NCBI RefSeq assembly: GCF_009455685.1
Contig: NZ_QPES01000001.1
Location: 2,454,369 to 2,478,368 of the forward strand
Reading direction: 5' to 3'
From: Paraburkholderia hayleyella
Lineage (GTDB): Bacteria; Pseudomonadota; Gammaproteobacteria; Burkholderiales; Burkholderiaceae
DNA length: 24,000 nucleotides
The position numbers were made by a program, and so were the translations under genes. Each line of letters begins with the position of its first letter. Within the stretch, counting starts at the first letter, position 1. Under the pieces are notes generated by a model. The model was not told where the DNA came from, did no database searches, and was given only the letters and a program-made list of their open reading frames with translations. This document shows, piece after piece, positions 8,003 to 16,862 of this stretch.

Positions 8003-8973
8003 TTCGAAAGACCACATCCCGCTTCAAGGTCGCCGTGATTGGCGCGTCGGGCCTGCTGGGACGCGCCGTGACGGCTGAACTGGGGCGACAGCGCAGCTGG
8101 CAAACCATTGCGACCTGCTTGCGCCGGGCCGCGCCCGGTCACATCACACTCGACATCCGCGATGCGGCAGCACTCACCCAGTTCGTCGAACACGAAGCCC
8201 CCGATGCCCTGGTCATTCTGGCCGCGGAACGCCGCCCCGACGTATGCGAGCACAACCCCGCACTCGCCTCGGCGCTCAACGTTGAAGCCGTGCGCACCCT
8301 CGCCACAGCCGCGCGGCGAACAGGCACCTGGGTGCTCTCTATTTCGACGGATTACGTCTTCGATGGCACGAACCCGCCGTATCGCTGCACGGACTTGCCC
8401 GCCCCTCTCAATGCCTACGGCCGCAGCAAGCTCCAGGGTGAACAGGCATTGACGGAAACCACGCCACTCGGATGCGTGCTCCGGCTCCCCCTGCTTTATG
8501 GGCCGATCGACGACTGGCAGGAATCCGCCGTCACCAGCCTCGTGCCTCCGCTGATAGCGGCCGCGGCAACCCGCGCGAGCGCGCAACCGCAAGCCGCCGC
8601 CATGGATGCATGGGCCATCCGGTATCCCACTTTTACGCCGGATGTCGCCGTCGTCATCCGGCAACTGCTCGAATGCCATGCCAACGGCACGCCGGTTTGC
8701 GGCATGACGCAATGGTCGGGCAATGAAGCGATGAGCAAATACGATATGGCCGTGCGGCTGGCCGATGCGTTACAGCTCGATGCACCGATTACCGCCGTGC
8801 CCATGCCGCTTGACGCGACACCCCGGCCACGCAATTGCCATCTTGATTCAAGCCGTCTGGAAAACCTGGAAATAGGATGCCGAACACCGTTCGACACGGC
8901 AATCCGGCAAGTACTCAGCGCGCATCTGGCCCAGCGTCCAGCGGGAATGACGCTTGACGCCACGGGCCAATAA
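7999..8973 (+). CDS. RmlD-fold NAD(P)-binding protein, MAT2B-like (dTDP-4-dehydrorhamnose reductase family)
   Basis: This is the 3' part of the artefactual 610-aa track ORF. ATG 7999 overlaps the copZ stop (ATGA). It has a Rossmann GASGLLG motif and YGRSK (YxxxK). The strings AAERRPDV, STDYVFDGTNPPY, PAPLNAYG, ESAVT, WSGNE, RPRN and IGCRTPF match my recollection of eukaryotic MAT2B. Confidence 0.8.
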   Translation: MIRKTTSRFKVAVIGASGLLGRAVTAELGRQRSWQTIATCLRRAAPGHITLDIRDAAALTQFVEHEAPDALVILAAERRPDVCEHNPALASALNVEAVRTLATAARRTGTWVLSISTDYVFDGTNPPYRCTDLPAPLNAYGRSKLQGEQALTETTPLGCVLRLPLLYGPIDDWQESAVTSLVPPLIAAAATRASAQPQAAAMDAWAIRYPTFTPDVAVVIRQLLECHANGTPVCGMTQWSGNEAMSKYDMAVRLADALQLDAPITAVPMPLDATPRPRNCHLDSSRLENLEIGCRTPFDTAIRQVLSAHLAQRPAGMTLDATGQ

Positions 8974-9020
8974 AAAGCGTTGCACGGCTTCTGAAGTGTC
9001 CCTGGGAAGCCGCTTCATTC

Positions 9021-11072
9021 TCAATCGGGAGCCGCTTTCCGCGCCTCCGTATGTCCCGGCGCACGGCTCAACAAATGCGTGCGCTGATCCGCGTTGAGCG
9101 ACAGGTAGCGCTCATACTGGCGCAGGATATCGGCGATGACTTCTTCCTGACGCAAATACTGGATGTCGTAGCCTTCCCGGCCATCCTCGAAGAAAGTCAC
9201 CGGTTCATGGATATGCCCCTGGGCCTCCGGGTCAGCCGCATTGCGAACCAGAAACGCAGGCAACGTTTTGCGCACCGGACGCACCCCATAAACAAAATCA
9301 CGCAAGCCATCGTGCGGCACGATCAAACGCATTGAGCCGTCGTTTTCATCCTGATGAATCACCGCGTCAGCGCCTGTCCCGCGCAATTCGGCCGCCACGT
9401 CCTGAAAGGCGGGCAACACCGTTTCGCGCAAGAATTGACGCACCTGGGGCTCGGTCGTCTGATGCACCATCTGCTCCAGACGCCGCCGCCAATGCCGTCC
9501 GCTCCAGAAATTCGTCGAAGGCGCGAGATCCTGCGAATAATGCGCCCGGTCGGCCCTCAAGCCTTGCCACAGCCCATAACACAGCGCCAGCATGATGAGG
9601 GCAACGGGCAACGCCGCCACCAGCGTCACCGCCTGCAAGGCTTTCAAGCCGCCCGCCGCCAGCAGGATCGTCGCCGTCGCGCCCAGCACCGCCGCCCAGA
9701 ACAAGCGCTGCCAGAGCGGCGAGTTCACCGCCCCGCGCGATGCAATGGTGTCGATCACAAACGCCCCTGAATCCGCCGACGTCACAAAAAAGACCGCGAT
9801 CAGTACGATGGCCAACCACGACAACAGCTTCGTCAGCGGGAAATATTCGAAGAAATGAAACAGCAGCGCATCGACGTTGGTCGCCGTTTGCGCCAGCCCT
9901 CCCAGTGCCACGTGCGTATCCAGCCAGATTGCGCTATTACCAAATGCCGTCATCCAGAGCAGATTGAACGCCGTCGGCACCAGCAACACACCCACGACAA
10001 ACTGACGAATCGTGCGCCCCCGCGAAATACGCGCGATAAACATGCCGACAAACGGCGACCAGGAAATCCACCACGCCCAGTAGAGAATCGTCCAGTTGCC
10101 AAACCAGTTGGCCTCACGCGCTGGCTCATAGGCAAAGGTATGCAACGACAGGGCAACCGCGCTCGATAAATAGTTGCCGATGTTTTCGCTCAGTGCCTGA
10201 AACAAAAACACTGTAGGGCCCGTAACGATCACAAACGCCAGCAGCAAGAATGCGAGCGTGAGATTGATTTCACTCAGACGCCGCACGCCCCGGTCAAGCC
10301 CCGTAGCCGCCGAAAGACCCGCCAGCACCACAACAGCCAGCACCAGCGCCGTGCGGAACCAGTCAGAATCGGTATTCCAGCCCCCCACCTGATGCAGGCC
10401 CGCGCTCAACTGAAGCACGCCATAGCCCAGCGTCGTGGCAATCCCGGCGATGGTTGCGACAAGCGCAAAAGCATCGACGGTGTGACCCCAAACCCCATTG
10501 ATCCGGTGCCGCAATAACGGGTAGAGCCCCGAACGCATGGTGAGCGGCAAGTTGTAGCGAAAGCCGAAATACGCTAGCACCAGCCCCATCACGCCATACA
10601 CGGCCCATGCATGAAAACCCCAGTGGAAAAACGTCGTGAGCATCGCTTCACGGGCTGCCGCAGGCGTGCTGCCCGCAACGGTGGGCGGCTTCAGATAATG
10701 TTGCATCGGCTCGCCCACGCCGAAATACATCAGGCCAATACCCATGCCTGCCGCGAACAGCATCGCACTCCAGGAAATAAAGCTGAACTCGGGCTTGGCG
10801 TCATCCGGACCGAGACGAATATCACCGAAGCGGCTTGCCGCCACCACGATGAGAAAAACAAGGAAAACCGTAACGGCCAGGGAATAAAACCAGTCGAAAT
10901 GATGGCTGACCCACCGTTGCCCCTGAGAGAAAAGATCATCGGCCTCCTGAGGCCAGACTGCGCACAACAGCAGCAAGACACCCACGGCTAGCAATGATGG
11001 GATGACGACGGGAGCGGACAGCGTCGTGACGATTCGGGTGAAACGGGATGGCGAAACGTTCTGTTCAGACAC
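9021..11072 (-). CDS. betT: BCCT-family betaine/choline/carnitine transporter (BetT-like)
   Basis: 683-aa ORF with a GTG start preceded by GGAGA. It carries the BCCT Trp-rich signature WTILYWAWWISWSPFVGMFIARISRGRTIRQF, about 12 TM segments, and a long cytoplasmic C-terminal extension as in BetT. Confidence 0.9.
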   Translation of the reverse strand: MSEQNVSPSRFTRIVTTLSAPVVIPSLLAVGVLLLLCAVWPQEADDLFSQGQRWVSHHFDWFYSLAVTVFLVFLIVVAASRFGDIRLGPDDAKPEFSFISWSAMLFAAGMGIGLMYFGVGEPMQHYLKPPTVAGSTPAAAREAMLTTFFHWGFHAWAVYGVMGLVLAYFGFRYNLPLTMRSGLYPLLRHRINGVWGHTVDAFALVATIAGIATTLGYGVLQLSAGLHQVGGWNTDSDWFRTALVLAVVVLAGLSAATGLDRGVRRLSEINLTLAFLLLAFVIVTGPTVFLFQALSENIGNYLSSAVALSLHTFAYEPAREANWFGNWTILYWAWWISWSPFVGMFIARISRGRTIRQFVVGVLLVPTAFNLLWMTAFGNSAIWLDTHVALGGLAQTATNVDALLFHFFEYFPLTKLLSWLAIVLIAVFFVTSADSGAFVIDTIASRGAVNSPLWQRLFWAAVLGATATILLAAGGLKALQAVTLVAALPVALIMLALCYGLWQGLRADRAHYSQDLAPSTNFWSGRHWRRRLEQMVHQTTEPQVRQFLRETVLPAFQDVAAELRGTGADAVIHQDENDGSMRLIVPHDGLRDFVYGVRPVRKTLPAFLVRNAADPEAQGHIHEPVTFFEDGREGYDIQYLRQEEVIADILRQYERYLSLNADQRTHLLSRAPGHTEARKAAPD

Positions 11073-11420
11073 GGCAGGTTTCTCCTTTTATCTTTTGCCC
11101 TTTTCCGTGAAAGAGCAGCACAGGCAGCCGGCACTCGCTGTCCGCTTCAACGCCTGTTACTGGCCGCAGTCTGTAGTGGTCTGCAGCAGGTTGGCAAGGC
11201 GCGGCGCCTATCGCCCGCCGACACCGGCGCCGGGTATTGGCATGCATGCCGAATGCCGTAATTTAGCCGCTCCGCTCAAGAAGGCATACAAAAATTACGG
11301 CGATACTTAAATAGAGATAGGGAGGCTAGCGGATTGGCGTATGGGGACCGCAGAAAATAAAGCGTCGGGCATGCGCCGTGTCGCTCAGACAGCCAGCAAC
11401 CAGCCGTATGTTTTATGTGT

Positions 11421-11458
11421 GCTTGTGATGGCTTTTTATGCTTGTGATGGCTTTTTAT
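11421..11458. repeat. Perfect tandem duplication of a 19-bp unit
   Basis: GCTTGTGATGGCTTTTTAT occurs at 11421-11439 and again at 11440-11458, with a partial third copy (GATGG) after it. It lies between the betT promoter region and the old end of the CRISPR array. Confidence 0.85.
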
Positions 11459-11521
11459 GATGGGATCCTCGATGCGTTTTTTGAACGTTTGGGGGCATCG
11501 TCGAGCCTCATCAATGGTTTT

Positions 11522-12282
11522 TTTGGGACGCCTTTTTCCATCCCGGACGCTTACAATGAACGGTCATAAAGACGGTGCCGTTCGCAGTTGTAGCTCCCTC
11601 TCTCACCCCGGAAGCTTACAATCCGGGGCTTCGTTTCTTCATGATGTTTCGCGTTATAGATTTCTCTCTCACCCCGGAAGCCTGCAATGGCGCGGCATCA
11701 CTAAATGATGGCTTCCCGGTTGTAGCTCCCTCTCTCACCTCGGAAGCCTACAATCCTGCGATTTCGCAGACGGCAACGACGGCAGTTGTAGCTCCCTCTC
11801 TCACCCCGGAAGCCTACAATGCACTGCGCAATACGATGCGCCTGTTTCAAGTTGTAGCTCCCTCTCTCACCCCGGAAGCCTACAATCATATCGAGTCAGG
11901 CCCGCATCGTCACAAAGTTGTAGCTCCCTCTCTCACCCCGGAAGCCTACAATTTGACCAGCAGAGGGGCGTTGTCGACTACCGTTGTAGCTCCCTCTCTC
12001 ACCCCGGAAGCCTACAATGATGAGACACGCGCATTCGCCGGAATATGTGTTGTAGCTCCCTCTCTCACCCCGGAAGCCTACAATAAGACCTTGATGGCCT
12101 GCATGGCTTTATCGGTTGTAGCTCCCTCTCTCACCCCGGAAGCCTACAATCAAAAGTTCAAGCTTACGTCGAAGAAGAGTGTTGTAGCTCCCTCTCTCAC
12201 CCCGGAAGCCTACAATCAAAAGTTCAAGCTTACGTCGAAGAAGAGTGTTGTAGCTCCCTCTCTCACCCCGGAAGCCTACAAT
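11522..12282 (+). CRISPR. Type II-C CRISPR array: 11 repeats of 36 bp plus one decayed repeat, 30-nt spacers
   Basis: The consensus GTTGTAGCTCCCTCTCTCACCCCGGAAGCCTACAAT starts at 11587, 11653, 11719, 11785, 11851, 11917, 11983, 12049, 12115, 12181 and 12247, an exact 66-bp period. Variants are R1 (1 mismatch), R2 at 11653 (6 mismatches: GTTATAGATTTC...CCTGCAAT) and R3 (1 mismatch). A decayed copy at 11522-11557 keeps only ...CCCGGACGCTTACAAT and is followed by a 29-nt spacer. The + orientation is set by complementarity to the + strand tracrRNA and by resemblance to the Neisseria-type II-C repeat (GTTGTAGCTCCC...GCTACAAT, from memory). Confidence 0.97.
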
Positions 12283-12342
12283 ATCCCCGCCGGAATCCCC
12301 TGCCAGCATAGCTTTGCAAGGAATTCCGACGCTTTTTTTCCT

Positions 12343-12681
12343 TCAAAAAAGCAGCATCTGGTTGGCATTGACCTTCTTTTCCTGAAAACTTTGCAACCCG
12401 ACCAGCAACTTCATATTGGCAAACTGCTTCTCGCTAACCTGAAGACAGCGTATCGAGCCCTCTTTTGGAAGATTGTTGGCGAGACGTTTCATGTGCTTTT
12501 CCGCATCATCGAAACCATTCACCATTCGCCCGTAAACCGACCACTGGATCATGTCGTAACCGTCCTGAATCAGAAACCGACGGAAAATAGTATATGTCCG
12601 ACGTTTTTCCCGAGTCGTAACTGGCAAGTCAAAGAAAACAAGTAGACGCATATATCGACGAGTAATTTGGCTCATGATCAC
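12343..12681 (-). CDS. cas2: CRISPR-associated endoribonuclease Cas2
   Basis: RRYMRLLVFFDLPVTTREKRRTYTIFRRFLIQDGYDMIQWSVYGR shows the Cas2 beta1 and Asp motif. The track start at 12681 is GTG and overlaps the cas1 stop. ATG 12675 (MSQITRRY..., 110 aa) is an equally good start. Confidence 0.9.
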   Translation of the reverse strand: MIMSQITRRYMRLLVFFDLPVTTREKRRTYTIFRRFLIQDGYDMIQWSVYGRMVNGFDDAEKHMKRLANNLPKEGSIRCLQVSEKQFANMKLLVGLQSFQEKKVNANQMLLF

Positions 12682-13604
12682 AAATCGTCATGAACTGAAA
12701 CATCAAACAGCGGCAAAACCAGGCTTTCAATCCGGGTACCATTCAATACGATACCCGAAAGACTTGACACCGTTGCATCCACTGCAGCCATTAATGTGCA
12801 GCGCCCTTCTTCTGCACGATGACTTGAAATCCTGATATCCTGGTGCAGTACCTTAACAAGCCTGGCTTTGTCAGCTGGCGCCAGTTCGCGTTCAGGCTCA
12901 TCCGGATAATGGTGCAACACAACAGCATCTACAAAAGGCCGGTACGGTTCAATCAAGTCATCCGCGAGATTAAAAGCGTTCTGTTCGTTATGGTGAAAAA
13001 TTCCGAATGCCGGTAAAAATCCATAACTCGTCAGCGATCTGGCAATTGCAGCGCGAATCACTGCATAACCATAATTTAATGCCGCATTATAAAAACAACT
13101 TTGTCCTCGATTAAAATTAGCATGAAAAATATGTCGAAAATAAACTTGTGCAGCTTGCGCTTCATGGTTATCCGGATCACCCGAACGTAACGTCCTGGCC
13201 AATTTAAACAAGCGCTGTCCAGATTCATCTCGCCCCACAATCTTTAGTATGGCTGCCTGATTCATAATTTTCATTTTCACAATATGTCGCCACAGACATT
13301 TCCGCGTCGGCAGGCCAATAGCCAATTGTGCGGTCATCACTTTTAATGCCCGGCTATGCGGCAAGTACGACAGCAGCACACCATTAGGCAAATGAGCCGC
13401 GTCGACGGTCAAGACAGCCACGCAGGCTTCGGCGCAAGCCGCAAGAAGTGGAGCAGTCAGACTGATCTGAGGATGATCCAGTATCAGAACATTAATGTCT
13501 TCGAGCATCACTCTCGCGCTTTGCCCTGCTTGCCGAATGCCAATGGCACCATTGTCCAGCGTCAGCGCGGCTGGATTAGCAATAACCACACTGCGCCAGC
13601 CCAC
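12678..13604 (-). CDS. cas1: CRISPR-associated integrase Cas1 (type II)
   Basis: 308 aa, starting MGWRSVVIANPAALTLDNG..., with YFRHIF, NAALNYGYAVIRAAIARSL and FGIFHHNEQNAFNLADDLIEPYRPFVD (Cas1 catalytic-region motifs). The GTG start lies 3 nt after the cas9 stop. Confidence 0.93.
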   Translation of the reverse strand: MGWRSVVIANPAALTLDNGAIGIRQAGQSARVMLEDINVLILDHPQISLTAPLLAACAEACVAVLTVDAAHLPNGVLLSYLPHSRALKVMTAQLAIGLPTRKCLWRHIVKMKIMNQAAILKIVGRDESGQRLFKLARTLRSGDPDNHEAQAAQVYFRHIFHANFNRGQSCFYNAALNYGYAVIRAAIARSLTSYGFLPAFGIFHHNEQNAFNLADDLIEPYRPFVDAVVLHHYPDEPERELAPADKARLVKVLHQDIRISSHRAEEGRCTLMAAVDATVSSLSGIVLNGTRIESLVLPLFDVSVHDDL

Positions 13605-13607
13605 CGT

Positions 13608-16600
13608 TTACCTCTGCCCTTTAGAGACACGCAATGGTTCACGTTTTTCCTGCCGCACACGATGCAGATTTCCCAGAAAATCCACATGACATTTCTCAAT
13701 CGACAGTGCGGTTTTAATCCCATTACTTCTAAGCAGACCCTGTTTGGCCTGTAACTGATTACGATCATGCAACCAGATATTGATGGTGCCGGTTGCCCGG
13801 TCAAAACCGGCATAGTAGCCTTCACGTACCTCATCTTTAAGGCGAACCGTCACCCAGTCATTGGGATACAAACTAAATAAAAATTGATAACCATCGTCCA
13901 TTACCACCCAATCATTCTCATTTTTTCCAGAAGTATAAGCTCGATTCGGCATTTCTTTTTTCACGATATCCGACACATAAAGTGGCACAGAATAAAACCG
14001 GCTATCTTTAGAAAAAATATCTACCCGAAGCATTGCACCATTATTTGCAATACCGCCACGCACCAGTACGCCACTTTTTTGTGTTGTGATTAATTTGACG
14101 CTACGGATAATCGGCGCATTCTCCGGATTAGCTGATGGCTTACATAAAGGCGGCTGTTTTTCATCAAATGCTTTTTTTCCATCTCCGCCAAATGCTTCAA
14201 GCCGCGCCCGAATTGTATTGATTAACCCTGTATCACGCCCATACCCAACGATATTTTCCAGATCCTTCATGCCCAGCTCTTTAAGCGGTGTCTTGATGGC
14301 CGAGACAAATCCTTCCCGTATCGAGCGAATCGTGTCCTGGTGGGCCGCACCCAAACCCCGTCGCGTCGGTGCGCGTGACACCCTTACCGGACGGATGGCT
14401 TCGCGCAACGCATCGTCGTAACCCGGTACGTCAATCAGTTGGCTAGCCGGATCGGGCGTCAGCCAGGCCTGTAATTCCTTGCGAAAATGCGGCCATGGCT
14501 CAGGAAAACGAGACTCAGGAATGACCGTGGTAAGTTTGCTCAGAATTTCCCCTGTTTCTGGATCGGTATATCGTTCAGTGACGCTCTCCAGTTCCCTTCT
14601 ACGAGCATAGTTGGCCATCCGCTTGATCAAATTACGTCCCGTGGCAGCAATAACAGCCGCATCCATCGCATGATGCAAATCACCATTTTTCCGAATCTTG
14701 ATTAATCCCCAGCGCGCTCGCAGCAGCGAGGTGAGCCTGCCCGATACCACCACGCAACGTTCTGAGCCTTTCACGTCGGGATGCCATTCCAGATAAGTCT
14801 CAACGAGCCGTTTAAATTCCCGGCAAATATAACGGGTATCGTTAAGATGGCGCGCCCGAAATTCTTCTGCTTGCTCCGCGCCAAAATGAATCCGTAACAG
14901 ACTATTTCTCTTGCCCTGGCGCAATGCCTTGTTTCCTTCCACCCATGCTTTAAAGTACCGCCAGCGCTCACTATCATTTTCTCCATCAAGAAATTCATAA
15001 GGCGTGCGGTTCCCCTTGTTCTGGTTGCAGGCAATATGCACAACAACCTTATTATTCATTCCATCATCCAGGCTGCGCGAGTACGGCAATACGTGATCCA
15101 CCTGCGCATAACCCACGCTAAACAGCTGATTAATATCCAGCGCTTTCTGACAATAGGGGCATTGATCCAGTTGCTCCCGAAAAAGCCGCCACTTTTCACG
15201 GTCTAGCGCTTTGGGCCTGAAACCAAAGCGTTCCTCAAAATCAGAAACCGATTTTTCTTTTTCCATCTGAAACTCTTTTTGCTCCCGCTCTATTTTTTTA
15301 CGTTCATCATAAGATTTTGATAAATCCCTGGCCAATTCGATATGCACGGCGGCCGGAGGCCCATATTGACGCACAACCGCATTAACCAGCTTCCGTGCCT
15401 GATTCAGCGCGCGATACACTACTGGATTACGAATCAACCCCGAGTCAGGCGGTGGGAGCCATTTCGTTTTAATCGCATCCCTATTCAACTGGCTAGGGTG
15501 ATAACCTGCCGCCGCAGCCGCCTCATCATAACGCTGACCTTGCTCCATAAAAGGAATGATTTTTTTTAATGCCTTTTGTGACAAATGGATAAACTGGTCA
15601 AATGATTCGACCAGCACCGCCTCGATAATTCCGGGCTCGATACCTTGTTCCATCATCCAGTCACGGCTCTCGGCATCATTCTTATAACAGGTCAATGCAT
15701 AAGCCAGCGTATCGAGCCGGTCTGGATTAATAGAGTCCCGTTGCCACTCTTTATCCAGGCCAGCCTTCCTGTATGCACCACATAGTTCTTTAAAATATTT
15801 TGCTTCAAAAAAAACACTGTCTTCATGATTTTTTTCCGCTGCGTCAGGATTAACGCGATACGACACCATGTTAAACCGCTGTGTTCGCTTCAGATCCAGG
15901 ACATTTCGTACCTGCTGGAAAGTTAATTTCGACAGGATAAATGGCAACTCAATGATTTTCCGTCGCTCATCATCTGTCAGGGGACGCGCATCTCCACCAT
16001 TGATAATTTTCAGATTATTCAGCTTGCCCAACCAGACAAAACGCTCTGCACGATAGCTCGCTTTGGGGCTACGGAACTCGTCTTTTTCGAACGTACAACG
16101 GCCAACCATTTGCAATAGTTTCTCCCCCGATAATGTAGGACGCCGCGCCAACAGCAAAGTGCGCACTTCGTTCTGGAAATTCGCATCGGCATAACGCTGC
16201 CCCAGTTCACGCTGACACTCAAATAAAGTGTTTAATTCCGCTTCGATATCCGAGCGCGCAACGGTATGGCTATAACTCCCACCCTTATTGCGTTTCGCCT
16301 CCTTGAAATATTGATCATGTGCGATTAGCTCGCCTACCGTCCGGTAGTTTTGCGCCTTCAAAAGAGACTGAATATGCCCAACACCAGCAAGCATTTGTCC
16401 GGCTTTCTCGTCTATCCTGGCTTCAGATTTTCGATTGGACTGAAAGCCGCGATGTTTAACAAGATGGTAAAGAGCCGTTGCCCACTCTCCCGGCTCGAGT
16501 TTCCGTTCAAGACCCTCAGCCCGTAACGTCCACGGCGAAACCAGAGGATCGATAAATTCTTTCGGCACGATTGAATCAATGATTCCCCTCCGCCTCATCA

Positions 16601-16832
16601 AACGCGCCAGCCTGACCAGCCGATGGGCATGCCGCCGAAGCCTACGGCGGGTTAAACGAGATTCACGCCGAATGCTATTCAACGACTCTCCTGTTTTAGC
16701 CACCTCGGCCCGATCGAAAGTTCGAACATGCATCGCAATAATACGTTGGGCATCGGGCAGCAAAAGCGCAGCGCCCACTGAAGCCATGCCAATATCCAGG
16801 CCCAATGTATACGGTAGATTTTTTAATTGCAC
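13608..16832 (-). CDS. cas9: Cas9, type II-C (1074 aa)
   Basis: The nuclease motifs are all present: RuvC-I YTLGLDIGMASVG, an Arg-rich bridge helix (RRESRLTRRRLRRHAHRLVRLARLMRRRG), RuvC-II VHIELARD, HNH VDHVLPYSRSLDDGMNNKVVVHIACNQNKGNRTPYEF, and RuvC-III DLHHAMDAAVIA. The start is GTG 16832..16830 with an AGGA RBS at 16842..16839. Its size and the absence of csn2/cas4 indicate subtype II-C. Confidence 0.97.
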   Translation of the reverse strand: MQLKNLPYTLGLDIGMASVGAALLLPDAQRIIAMHVRTFDRAEVAKTGESLNSIRRESRLTRRRLRRHAHRLVRLARLMRRRGIIDSIVPKEFIDPLVSPWTLRAEGLERKLEPGEWATALYHLVKHRGFQSNRKSEARIDEKAGQMLAGVGHIQSLLKAQNYRTVGELIAHDQYFKEAKRNKGGSYSHTVARSDIEAELNTLFECQRELGQRYADANFQNEVRTLLLARRPTLSGEKLLQMVGRCTFEKDEFRSPKASYRAERFVWLGKLNNLKIINGGDARPLTDDERRKIIELPFILSKLTFQQVRNVLDLKRTQRFNMVSYRVNPDAAEKNHEDSVFFEAKYFKELCGAYRKAGLDKEWQRDSINPDRLDTLAYALTCYKNDAESRDWMMEQGIEPGIIEAVLVESFDQFIHLSQKALKKIIPFMEQGQRYDEAAAAAGYHPSQLNRDAIKTKWLPPPDSGLIRNPVVYRALNQARKLVNAVVRQYGPPAAVHIELARDLSKSYDERKKIEREQKEFQMEKEKSVSDFEERFGFRPKALDREKWRLFREQLDQCPYCQKALDINQLFSVGYAQVDHVLPYSRSLDDGMNNKVVVHIACNQNKGNRTPYEFLDGENDSERWRYFKAWVEGNKALRQGKRNSLLRIHFGAEQAEEFRARHLNDTRYICREFKRLVETYLEWHPDVKGSERCVVVSGRLTSLLRARWGLIKIRKNGDLHHAMDAAVIAATGRNLIKRMANYARRRELESVTERYTDPETGEILSKLTTVIPESRFPEPWPHFRKELQAWLTPDPASQLIDVPGYDDALREAIRPVRVSRAPTRRGLGAAHQDTIRSIREGFVSAIKTPLKELGMKDLENIVGYGRDTGLINTIRARLEAFGGDGKKAFDEKQPPLCKPSANPENAPIIRSVKLITTQKSGVLVRGGIANNGAMLRVDIFSKDSRFYSVPLYVSDIVKKEMPNRAYTSGKNENDWVVMDDGYQFLFSLYPNDWVTVRLKDEVREGYYAGFDRATGTINIWLHDRNQLQAKQGLLRSNGIKTALSIEKCHVDFLGNLHRVRQEKREPLRVSKGQR

Positions 16833-16855
16833 TGACGATCCTAATCATTTAGAGT
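16827..16855 (+). promoter_or_regulatory. Putative tracrRNA promoter overlapping the cas9 start codon
   Basis: TTGCAC (16827-16832), a 17-nt spacer, then TAGAGT (16850-16855). The predicted TSS near 16862-16863 coincides with the first nucleotide of the anti-repeat. Confidence 0.4.
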
Positions 16856-16862
16856 GGCCCTC

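Noticed and set aside
11558-12246. Self-targeting spacers (matches to the vgrG island, the IS remnant or other parts of the window)
   Set aside because: Inspection by eye found no protospacer for any of the 10 unique spacers in this window. This cannot be excluded for the rest of the genome without a search.
12331-12352. A/U hairpin GCTTTTTT-tccttc-AAAAAAGC at the array/cas2 convergence point, considered as a bidirectional terminator
   Set aside because: The stem is almost entirely A-U and overlaps the cas2 stop codon. No proper U-tract follows it in either direction, so the evidence is insufficient.
11575-12645. 356-aa + strand ORF with a recurring VVAPSLTPEAYN peptide
   Set aside because: It is simply the CRISPR repeats translated in frame, because the 66-bp period is a multiple of 3. 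It then runs antisense through cas2, so it is not a gene.
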